51,026 bases of DNA from an uncultured Gammaproteobacteria bacterium (GTDB lineage: Bacteria > Patescibacteriota > Microgenomatia > UBA12405): assembly GCA_964405765.1 (NCBI GenBank), contig CAYOPC010000002.1, forward strand, positions 1 to 51,026. The letters run 5' to 3'. The notes under the pieces are model-generated. The model did not search any database, was not told the origin of the DNA, and was given only the letters and a program-made list of their open reading frames with translations. Each line of letters opens with the position of its first letter. The stretch's first letter is position 1. Below, one piece after another: positions 26,416 to 33,945 of the stretch. The translations under genes and the position numbers were made by a program.

Positions 26416-27385
26416 TAAACTTCTTGTCATTTCTGGTCCGACCGCTACTGGTAAAACCGATTTAGCTGTTGAACTGGCCAAAAAATATAACGGTGAATTA
26501 GTTTCCGGTGATTCCTGTCAAATTTATAAAGGTATGGATATTGGTACCGGCAAAGATCAACCGGAGGGTACACCGATTCATTTAATTGATATAGTTACTC
26601 CTGATCAAAAATTTTCTGTCGCTGATTTTCAAAAAATTGGTTTACAAACTATCAAAGAAATTCAATCACGAAATAAATTACCAATTTTAGTTGGTTGCAG
26701 TGGTTTTTATATCGACTCTTTAATTAATTCCAACTACACTACATTTTCCGTTAAACCTCATAAGGTATGGCGTTTTATTTCCCGTCTTTGCTCGGTAAAA
26801 ACTTTACAAAAAATTTACCAATTTTTAGACCAGCCAAACTTTTCTAAATTAAACCATTCCGATGTAAACAATCACTACCGTTTAACCCGAAAAATAGAAA
26901 TTAAAATAGCAAATTTAACCAAAAAAAAACAGTTCCCCGCCCTGTCAAGGGAGGGGCTAGGGGAGGGTTTCGATATCTTGCATATTTCCCTCACCGCCCC
27001 CATGGACTTTCTTTATCAGCGTATCGATGCCCGGGTTCAAAAAAGAATCGATCTTGGTTTTTTAGATGAAGTCAAAACTTTACTTAAAAAATATCAATGG
27101 TCCGATCCAGGTATGCAAATTGCCGCCTATCAATGTCTTAAACCCTATTTTGACAATCAACCAAAACTCCCTGTCCTGTCAAGGGAAGGGTTGGGGAAGG
27201 GTTTGAATCAAGAAAGGGTTTTGTCCGATTGTCTCCAATCTTGGTCTTATGCCGAACACTCTGATGCCCGCCGGCAAAGTTGTTGGTTCAAATCAAAATC
27301 AAACGCTCACTTTTTCGATATCACTCAAAAAGACTTCAAGAGAAAAATATTGACCCAAGTTTCCCGATGGTATACTAAGGTATGA
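26408..27385 (+). CDS. miaA: tRNA dimethylallyltransferase MiaA carrying two in-frame repeat-element insertions
   Basis: Start moved to ATG 26408 ([17 protein letters not shown]), overlapping the ychF stop; the track ORF 26258 start lies inside ychF. Motifs: DSCQIYKGMDIGTGK and ARRQSCWFK. Confidence 0.88.
   Translation: MSNKLLVISGPTATGKTDLAVELAKKYNGELVSGDSCQIYKGMDIGTGKDQPEGTPIHLIDIVTPDQKFSVADFQKIGLQTIKEIQSRNKLPILVGCSGFYIDSLINSNYTTFSVKPHKVWRFISRLCSVKTLQKIYQFLDQPNFSKLNHSDVNNHYRLTRKIEIKIANLTKKKQFPALSREGLGEGFDILHISLTAPMDFLYQRIDARVQKRIDLGFLDEVKTLLKKYQWSDPGMQIAAYQCLKPYFDNQPKLPVLSREGLGKGLNQERVLSDCLQSWSYAEHSDARRQSCWFKSKSNAHFFDITQKDFKRKILTQVSRWYTKV
26934..26972 (+). repeat. G+C-rich hairpin / G-run element, in frame in miaA (copy 1)
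   Basis: TTCCCCGCCCTGTCAAGGGAGGGGCTAGGGGAGGGTTTCG, translated as FPALSREGLGEGF. Four G3-4 runs. Confidence 0.8.
27168..27205 (+). repeat. G+C-rich hairpin / G-run element, in frame in miaA (copy 2)
   Basis: CTCCCTGTCCTGTCAAGGGAAGGGTTGGGGAAGGGTTTG, translated as LPVLSREGLGKGL. Four G3-4 runs. Confidence 0.8.
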
Positions 27386-28356
27386 TCAACAAAAAGTTTG
27401 AAGTTTCTACTAAAACCGTAATTTTTACCGTTTTCTTTTTACTTTCTCTATTTTTGCTCTGGCAAGTCAGAGCTTTAATCGTTTTGCTTTTCATTAGTTT
27501 CGTTTTTATGGAAGCTATCAATCCCGCCATTGTTCGTTTGGAAAAGATGAAAATCCCTCGACCTTTAGCTATTTTAATCATTTACATAATTATTTTAGCT
27601 GTTATTTCCTTTGCTATTGCCGGTATCGTCCCTATATTAGTTGAGCAGACTACTGGATTAGTCCAAACCTTACCAGACACACTTAGCCATATCCAGATTT
27701 TTGGCACCAATCCCATTGATTTATCTTCTCAATTTAAAATTTTAGAAAACCTTCCTGGCGGTATTGCTAGAACTGCCATCTCTTTAGTTTCTAATATTAT
27801 CTCTGCCTTTGTTATCATGTTTCTTACTTTTTACTTGCTCTTAGAAAAGAAAAATTTTCCTAAATATAGCCTGAATATGTTTGGAGAAAATGGTCAGAAA
27901 AAAGCCATTGCTATTATCGAACGGCTAGAAACTCGCCTTGGTAGCTGGGTCACTGCCGAATTTTTCCTCATGAGCATTATTGGTGTTCTTTCTTATATTG
28001 CCTATTTATGTCTTGGCTTAAAATATGCCGTTCCCTTGGCCATTTTTGCTGGTCTTTTAGAAGCTGTCCCGTCCATTGGTCCAACTGTCGCCACCATTCT
28101 AGCTGCTTTAGTTGGTTTTACTATTTCTCCTCTAATTGGAATTTTAACTATTATTGTTGGTGTCATTATTCAACAATTAGAAAATAATATCCTCGTTCCT
28201 AAAATTATGAAGCAAACAGTTGGGTTTAATCCCTTAGTCACCATCCTTTTGATTGCCGCTGGCGCCAAGATTAGTGGTGTTATCGGTGCCATTCTTGCTT
28301 TACCGGTGTTCCTTACCCTCGAAACCATCACTAAAGTCTTAATTGAGAAAAAATAA
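27382..28356 (+). CDS. AI-2E family transporter (PerM/YhhT-like permease)
   Basis: 324 aa multi-TM. The C-terminal part, QQLENNILVPKIMKQTVGFNPLVTILLI...LALPV, is typical of the family. ATGA overlap with the miaA stop. Confidence 0.8.
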   Translation: MINKKFEVSTKTVIFTVFFLLSLFLLWQVRALIVLLFISFVFMEAINPAIVRLEKMKIPRPLAILIIYIIILAVISFAIAGIVPILVEQTTGLVQTLPDTLSHIQIFGTNPIDLSSQFKILENLPGGIARTAISLVSNIISAFVIMFLTFYLLLEKKNFPKYSLNMFGENGQKKAIAIIERLETRLGSWVTAEFFLMSIIGVLSYIAYLCLGLKYAVPLAIFAGLLEAVPSIGPTVATILAALVGFTISPLIGILTIIVGVIIQQLENNILVPKIMKQTVGFNPLVTILLIAAGAKISGVIGAILALPVFLTLETITKVLIEKK

Positions 28357-28367
28357 CCCTGGTTCAA

Positions 28368-28401
28368 ACTCAGCCATAGGCTGATTGGCCTTTGGCCAAA
28401 A
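28368..28401. terminator. Twin G+C-rich hairpins between the convergent permease gene and rnpB (probable bidirectional terminator)
   Basis: CAGCC-ATA-GGCTG (28371-28383) and TTGGCC-TTT-GGCCAA (28385-28399), flanked by A/T runs. Paralogous to 19963-19996, with compensatory stem changes. Confidence 0.5.
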
Positions 28402-28709
28402 AAGCCTTCAAAGAAATTGTTAAGCCGAATTTTGTTTATGTGTCATCTATCTCCTCTCTCTACCTAAGACTCTCAAAGATCAGATCTTGACGTCTCAACT
28501 TGAGATTTCCACCAGAAGGCTGCTCGTTTCATATCAGCTCGCCGTAGCTTCTTGCGAAGGCGGCCCGCTTACTCGTCTCTGTAGCATTGCCGTTCAGTCA
28601 CCCAAACCCCTACATTTTCAGGTTCTGTATCTTTTGTGGTTCGGACTTTCCTCCCCTCGGATCGCCTTAGCTTTCCTCAGGGTAGACACTTCAATTTCTT
28701 TGAAGACTG
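28402..28709 (-). ncRNA. rnpB: RNase P RNA, bacterial type A-like, compact (about 308 nt)
   Basis: The reverse complement contains GGGGAGGAAAGTCCGAACC (the CR-I / P4 5' strand) and ACAAAATTCGGCTTAAC (the CR-V / P4 3' strand). A perfect 14-bp P1 joins 28692-28705 to 28406-28419. The region is G+C-rich. The track ORF 28487-28720 is spurious. The ends are approximate. Confidence 0.85.
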
Positions 28710-28713
28710 AAAT

Positions 28714-28742
28714 ATTTTAAGATTTATTACTATTGAAGTAAA
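28714..28742 (-). promoter_or_regulatory. Candidate promoter for rnpB
   Basis: The minus strand reads TTTACT (28742-28737), 17 nt spacer, TAAAAT (28719-28714). This puts the start about 7 nt downstream, at the P1 stem. It overlaps the 3' end of the 58-aa ORF. Confidence 0.4.
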
Positions 28743-28906
28743 GCTGCATCAGCGGCAGACAGGATTTTAAACATCTTAGTACCTGTTTCTGGATCAACAG
28801 TTTCAGCTGCTGGTCTACCGTTTTTAAGCATAACTTTTTTAACTTTACTTACGTCCACCTCTACAGACTTACGTGATTTAACAGAATAAAATTTAATGGT
28901 TGGCAT
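28730..28906 (-). CDS. Small basic protein (58 aa), absent from the ORF track
   Basis: Hand translation: MPTIKFYSVKSRKSVEVDVSKVKKVMLKNGRPAAETVDPETGTKMFKILSAADAALLQ, stop TAG then TAA. Strong SD-like GAGGGGGTGA lies 7-9 nt upstream, which is rare in this window. Eleven K/R against six D/E. Confidence 0.6.
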   Translation of the reverse strand: MPTIKFYSVKSRKSVEVDVSKVKKVMLKNGRPAAETVDPETGTKMFKILSAADAALLQ

Positions 28907-28913
28907 TTAAGCT

Positions 28914-29033
28914 TCACCCCCTCAAATTAACAAATAAATAGATAACAACTACCAACATAATTGAAACCAAACTCAAAATCAAGCTTTTAATCAAGTCTTT
29001 CTTAATATATCTGTTATTTTCTTCCTGATTCAT
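28914..29033 (-). CDS. Possible 39-aa single-TM peptide coupled to the 58-aa ORF
   Basis: MNQEENNRYIKKDLIKSLILSLVSIMLVVVIYLFVNLRG. Its TGA stop lies inside the SD of the downstream ORF. The ORF is short and I see no good SD, so support is weak. Confidence 0.35.
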   Translation of the reverse strand: MNQEENNRYIKKDLIKSLILSLVSIMLVVVIYLFVNLRG

Positions 29034-29078
29034 CTTTCTAAGGCCAGTATAGCACATAAATTTTGCTACAATGAAAGT

Positions 29079-29423
29079 ATGGTATTTCTATATATTCTTA
29101 CTTTTCTCAACCTTTTTTGGCTCGGATTTATCACTCTCGGTATTTACCGTAAAAATCAAATATCTAAAAATCAAAGTAGTTCTCCTAACAATAATCATTT
29201 AAAAATCAATGTTCTACGCTATAACCCTTTTGAAAGCATTGGTGGTGATCAAAGTTTCATTCTGACTATTTTAGATCAAAACAATTCGGGTGTTCTTGTT
29301 TCTTCACTCCACAATCGCGATATTACCAGAGTCTACGCTAAACCTATCAAAAATGGCCAGGGGGATAATATCACTTTGTCAAAAGAGGAAAAATTAGCTA
29401 TAGTTAAAACTATTAAAGGTTAA
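29079..29423 (+). CDS. DUF4446-like membrane-anchored protein
   Basis: 114 aa; N-terminal TM, then RYNPFESIGGDQSFILTILDQNNSGVLVSSLHNRDITRVYAKPI, which I recall as the DUF4446 pattern. Confidence 0.55.
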   Translation: MVFLYILTFLNLFWLGFITLGIYRKNQISKNQSSSPNNNHLKINVLRYNPFESIGGDQSFILTILDQNNSGVLVSSLHNRDITRVYAKPIKNGQGDNITLSKEEKLAIVKTIKG

Positions 29424-29430
29424 AATTTTA

Positions 29431-30690
29431 ATGAACCCAAAAATCACTAGAATATCTGGATTATTAGGAATATTTCTAATACTTAGTGGTATTTCCTATT
29501 TTTTATTTGACTATTTCTTACCAGCTAGTGATGGTGGATTTTTAGGTTCAATTTCTAAAAAACCTACCGACAATCCTTTAGAAACCGAAAAAACTAATTC
29601 CACTACTTCAAATTCTTCCAACCTTTACTCTGGTCCCAAAACTGAAGCCTGTCCTATCAATGGTCAGTTGTATACTCAGGAAGAAGCTGCTATTTGGTCA
29701 AAACGCCGACCCTTAATGGTTATGATTGAGAATCATGAAGATTCTCGACCTCAGTCTGGTTTGCAAACTGCCGATATAGTTTATGAGGCAGTAGCTGAAG
29801 GTGGCATTACTCGATTTATGGGTGTCTTTTATTGTGGTCAAGTTGCTGGGTCTGAAGCCAATAAGTATGATATTGGCCCTGTTCGCTCAGCTCGCACTTA
29901 TTTTCTTGATCTTGCTTCTGAATATTCTGACTATCCGCTTTACAACCATGTTGGTGGCGCTAATTGTAGTGCGGCTACTACTGGTGGTCCATGCACTACA
30001 GCTAAAAAAGCTCAGGCTATTGAACAAATTGCCAGCTTTGGTTGGAACAACAAAGGCACCTGGAGCGATCTAAGTCAATTTTCCTTATCTTATAAAGCTT
30101 GTCGTCGTGAACCGGATCGTACCGGTGATGAAAGAGCTACTGAACACACCATGTATTGTTCAACCAAGGAACTTTGGAATATTGCTGTTGACCGAGGTTT
30201 GACTAACATTACTACTGCCAAAAATAATTCTTGGGATAAAAGTTATCGCGCTTGGTTATTTAAACAAACAGACAAAGCTAGTTCTTCTCTAACAGCTAAT
30301 AATGTTTCCTTTGATTTTTGGTCTAGTTACAAAGGTTATTCTGTCAGTTGGAAATATGACAATGCCAATAATAATTATCTTCGATTTAATGGCGGAAAAG
30401 AACACATAGATTTTAATACCGCCAAAACCATCACCACCAAAAATATCATTATTCAATTCGTTAAAGAGACTCGCTCGGTCGATGAACATTTACACAATCT
30501 TTACGATGTTATTGGTAGTGGTAACGGAGTTTTAATCCAAAATGGAGAAAAAACCGAAATTACTTGGTCTAAAGCTAATCGACTTTCTCGAACTATTTTT
30601 AAAGATAAGAGCGGTAAAGAAATTAATTTTGTTGCCGGTAATATCTGGGTAGAACTTTTACCCATTGGCACCACAGTTTCTTACAATTAA
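29431..30690 (+). CDS. DUF3048 (YerB-like) secreted or membrane-anchored protein
   Basis: 419 aa; signal anchor, then RRPLMVMIENHEDSRPQSGLQTADIVYEAVAEGGITRF, characteristic of DUF3048. Confidence 0.7.
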   Translation: MNPKITRISGLLGIFLILSGISYFLFDYFLPASDGGFLGSISKKPTDNPLETEKTNSTTSNSSNLYSGPKTEACPINGQLYTQEEAAIWSKRRPLMVMIENHEDSRPQSGLQTADIVYEAVAEGGITRFMGVFYCGQVAGSEANKYDIGPVRSARTYFLDLASEYSDYPLYNHVGGANCSAATTGGPCTTAKKAQAIEQIASFGWNNKGTWSDLSQFSLSYKACRREPDRTGDERATEHTMYCSTKELWNIAVDRGLTNITTAKNNSWDKSYRAWLFKQTDKASSSLTANNVSFDFWSSYKGYSVSWKYDNANNNYLRFNGGKEHIDFNTAKTITTKNIIIQFVKETRSVDEHLHNLYDVIGSGNGVLIQNGEKTEITWSKANRLSRTIFKDKSGKEINFVAGNIWVELLPIGTTVSYN

Positions 30691-30695
30691 TCTTT

Positions 30696-31289
30696 ATGAA
30701 AATTCAAAATAGTCTTAAACGCCTTTTTATCTCTCAGACCAGAATTAAAATTATTAATGTTTTGTTCTATCACCCTGGAGAAATTTTTTATGTTCGTCAA
30801 CTGGTTCGCTTGGTCGATGAAGAAATTAATTCTGTCCGACGTGAATTAGATAACCTTCAAAAAAGCGGCCTTATCACTTCAGAATGGCGGGGTAATAGGC
30901 TTTACTATTGGGCTGACAAACAATCACCTTTATTTACTAACCTTCTTCTTATTGCCAATCAGTCATTTGGTCTAGGTCTTAAACTCCAAAACAAAAACGA
31001 AACTCTTGGTTCTATTAAACTTGTTTTTTATAATTACAAATTTATGACCGGAGAAAAAAGACAGATCGATGATATTGATTTGGTTATTGTCGGTGATGTT
31101 TCTATTAGGGAAATGGAGAATTTGATTAAACAAGAAGAAACTATTCGTGGTCATGAAATTAATTATATGGTTATGGGTAAAGGAGAATTTAATCTTCGCC
31201 GTCAAAAACGTGATCAATTTATTGTTGACTTCTTTCTAAGTAATCCTATTGCTATAATAGGAAGCTGCCAGGAAATTAATAATCTTTAA
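30696..31289 (+). CDS. Winged-helix regulator with a nucleotidyltransferase-like C-terminal half
   Basis: 197 aa. The N-terminus is ArsR-like wHTH (IKIINVLFYHPGEIFYVRQLVRLVDEEINSVRRELDNLQKSGLI). The C-terminal DDIDLVIVGD resembles minimal nucleotidyltransferases. Confidence 0.5.
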   Translation: MKIQNSLKRLFISQTRIKIINVLFYHPGEIFYVRQLVRLVDEEINSVRRELDNLQKSGLITSEWRGNRLYYWADKQSPLFTNLLLIANQSFGLGLKLQNKNETLGSIKLVFYNYKFMTGEKRQIDDIDLVIVGDVSIREMENLIKQEETIRGHEINYMVMGKGEFNLRRQKRDQFIVDFFLSNPIAIIGSCQEINNL

Positions 31290-31481
31290 ATGACTCAAAT
31301 TAGAAAAGTTATCAGAACCGGCAATAGTTTAGCCATCACCATTCCGTCAAGGTCTATTAAGGATTTTAATATCAGAGAAGGGGATCCGGTCTCTATAAAA
31401 ATTAATCACTCTAAAACTAGTATTACTTATATGTTTTCCGGTCACCCACGCCAATTATCCCTTATTTCCCATCAAAAATAA
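31290..31481 (+). CDS. AbrB/SpoVT (MazE-like) domain protein
   Basis: 63 aa; IRKVIRTGNSLAITIPSRSIKDFNIREGDPVSIK swapped-hairpin motif. It starts immediately after the previous stop and ends 2 nt before secD. Confidence 0.65.
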   Translation: MTQIRKVIRTGNSLAITIPSRSIKDFNIREGDPVSIKINHSKTSITYMFSGHPRQLSLISHQK

Positions 31482-31483
31482 TT

Positions 31484-32857
31484 ATGACAAAAAGAAAAAA
31501 GACTCTTAGAAATTTTTGGGTTATCGTCGCTATCACTCTTTTTTGCTCACTTTTAAATTTTCCAAATGAACTTCCAATTAAAATCCATTTTAAAAATATA
31601 AATTTAGAACATACTTTTTATCGTCCTAATTTAAATTTTAAAATTGGTTCATTCACTCCCATAAAAAATATTAACCTCAAATACGGCCTGGATTTAGCTG
31701 GTGGCTCTTCACTCCTTTTTGATATTGATACCTCTGGTGTTAGTTCAGAAAATTTACCTTCAGCTCTGGAATCTCTTAAAAACAACATTGAACGCCGAGT
31801 TAATCTTTTTGGTGTTAGTGAAACCACCGTTCAGATTAACAAACAACAAGATAAGTATCGCCTTCAAGTCGATCTTCCGGGCGTTGAAAACATTAATGAC
31901 GCAGTTAGTCTTATTGGTACCACCGCCAAACTTTCCTTTAAAGGTGAAGTTGAGATCCCTCCGGAAGCCACTGAATCAGCTACTGTTTACGATCTTTTTG
32001 CTAAAGATACAGGGATAAACGGTTCTCATCTGAAACGTTCTTCAGTTGAAATCAATACCAAAAACTCTCAACCTGAGGTCAGTCTTGAATTTAATGATGA
32101 AGGCTCTAACCTATTTGCTCAAGCTACCAAAGAATTATTAAATAAACGGATTGCTATTTTTCTCGACGACTATCCTATCACCGCTCCAGTAGTTCAATCT
32201 GTCATTACTGATGGTAAAGCTTCCATTAGTGGCAATTTTACTTCTCAATCAGCCAAAGAACTCTCGGCTCAACTTAACGCCGGTGCCTTACCTTTATCGA
32301 TCAAATTAGTTCAACAATCTCAGATTGGTGCCACTCTTGGCCAAGACTCACTTAATAAAGGAATTTTTGCTGGTGTTGTTGGTTTAATTTTAGTTTCCCT
32401 TTTTATGATTGCTAATTATGGCAAATTGGGTCTCATCGCCGACATTGGTTTGATTATTTATGGTCTAATTACTCTCAGTCTTTATCGACTTATCCCGGTT
32501 ACATTAACCTTTCCCGGTATTGTCGGCTTTATTCTTTCTATCGGTATGGCAGTTGATAGCAATATCTTAATTTTTGAAAGATTTAAAGAAGAAACCCGAA
32601 AAGGTAAAGACTGGAATATAGCCCTCGAATCTGCTTTTGGTCGAGCTTGGGATTCTATCAAAGACGCCAATACTTGTACTATTATTACTGGTTTTATTTT
32701 GTTTAACCCGTTTAATTGGTCATTTTTAAGTACCTCAGGTATGGTACGTGGCTTTGCTCTCACCCTAATCTTAGGTATTTTTATTGGTATCTTTACTGGA
32801 GTTTTTGTTACCCGTAATCTCTTGCGTGTCTTTATCAGAGAAAAAAATAAAAATTAA
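31484..32857 (+). CDS. secD: Protein translocase subunit SecD
   Basis: 457 aa; N-terminal TM, periplasmic domain, C-terminal six-TM bundle (GIVGFILSIGMAVDSNILIFERFKEE). Confidence 0.9.
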   Translation: MTKRKKTLRNFWVIVAITLFCSLLNFPNELPIKIHFKNINLEHTFYRPNLNFKIGSFTPIKNINLKYGLDLAGGSSLLFDIDTSGVSSENLPSALESLKNNIERRVNLFGVSETTVQINKQQDKYRLQVDLPGVENINDAVSLIGTTAKLSFKGEVEIPPEATESATVYDLFAKDTGINGSHLKRSSVEINTKNSQPEVSLEFNDEGSNLFAQATKELLNKRIAIFLDDYPITAPVVQSVITDGKASISGNFTSQSAKELSAQLNAGALPLSIKLVQQSQIGATLGQDSLNKGIFAGVVGLILVSLFMIANYGKLGLIADIGLIIYGLITLSLYRLIPVTLTFPGIVGFILSIGMAVDSNILIFERFKEETRKGKDWNIALESAFGRAWDSIKDANTCTIITGFILFNPFNWSFLSTSGMVRGFALTLILGIFIGIFTGVFVTRNLLRVFIREKNKN

Positions 32858-32887
32858 CTTTTTACTTTAATACTTTTAACTTTAAAC
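32858..32887. repeat. G-free heptamer repeat module upstream of secF
   Basis: CTTTTTAC TTTAATAC TTTTAAC TTTAAAC; near-identical to 8014-8042. Confidence 0.85.
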
Positions 32888-32893
32888 TAACTT

Positions 32894-33757
32894 ATGAATA
32901 TCATGAAATTAAGACCATTATTTTTTATCTTTTCTCTAATTTTATTGCTTTCATCACTCTTTTCTATTATTTTTTGGAAATTCAAATTATCTATCGATTT
33001 CACTGGTGGTACTATTTGGGAATTAAATTTACCGGAGTTTTCCGAAGATAAAATTAAGGAAGTTTTTTCCAAGAGTAATCTGGAAGTAAAAGAAATTAAT
33101 TTTCTAGGTAACCAAAATTATTCTTTAAAATTTAATGACATTAGTGTTGAACAAAAAACCGGTCTTGATAAAACTCTCAAAGAACTTTATCCAGACTCTA
33201 AAGAATTAAAGTTTGAAACTATTGGGCCAATTTTAGGTCGTGAATTACTTAAAAAAACTATTACTGCTGTTATCCTTTCTTCATTATTTTTATTTCTATT
33301 TATTGGTCGTCGTTTCCGCGATCTGTCTTTTGGTGCTGGAGCTGTTCTAGCTATGCTTCATGACACTTTTATTTTAGTTGGTAGTTTTTCTATCTTAGGC
33401 CACTTTTTTGGTGCCGAGTTTGACTCTCTTTTTGTCACTGCTCTCCTGACTACATTATCTTCATCAGTTCATGATACTGTCGTTACTTTTGACCGTATCC
33501 GTGAACTTAAACGCCAAAGTTTCCAAAAAGACTGGGTCTCATTAGCCAACGAAGCTATTACTGAAACCCTAACCCGTTCTATCAATAATTCCATGACTAT
33601 TATTTTTATGTTAGCTTCTTTAGTTCTATTAGGTGGTACCACTACTCGCTGGTTTGCCGCTGCTTTACTCATTGGTGTTATTTGTGGAACTTATTCGTCC
33701 ATTGGCGTTGCTATTCCTCTCGTTCTTTTTTTCAAAAAATATTCCAAGAAAAAATAA
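32894..33757 (+). CDS. secF: Protein translocase subunit SecF
   Basis: 287 aa; LAMLHDTFILVG... and the six-TM pattern; follows secD. Confidence 0.9.
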   Translation: MNIMKLRPLFFIFSLILLLSSLFSIIFWKFKLSIDFTGGTIWELNLPEFSEDKIKEVFSKSNLEVKEINFLGNQNYSLKFNDISVEQKTGLDKTLKELYPDSKELKFETIGPILGRELLKKTITAVILSSLFLFLFIGRRFRDLSFGAGAVLAMLHDTFILVGSFSILGHFFGAEFDSLFVTALLTTLSSSVHDTVVTFDRIRELKRQSFQKDWVSLANEAITETLTRSINNSMTIIFMLASLVLLGGTTTRWFAAALLIGVICGTYSSIGVAIPLVLFFKKYSKKK

Positions 33758-33945
33758 GTTAAGCTTTTACTTCAAAAGTATTTCCTTTTTTAGACAATTT
33801 CTCTTGAGCCGGCCCTTCTTTTTCCTCTAAATAACATAGCCTTTTTTATTTTGGATTATACCTATCTCTTTCTTTAGTTAAACTATTACCAATTTCCATC
33901 TTATCTATTCCAGTAACTCTAATTTCTCCTATTTTTTCAGCTATT

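Noticed and set aside
28487-28720. 77-aa plus-strand ORF in the track
   Set aside because: It lies entirely within the G+C-rich RNase P RNA gene on the opposite strand. The sequence is low-complexity and I see no start context.
33758-33945. Possible gene fragment between secF and cca (minus-strand frame ..KIAEKIGEIRVTGIDKMEIGNSLTKERDRYNPK*)
   Set aside because: It is only about 35 codons open, with no start or SD and no recognisable family. It is probably a non-coding convergent spacer.
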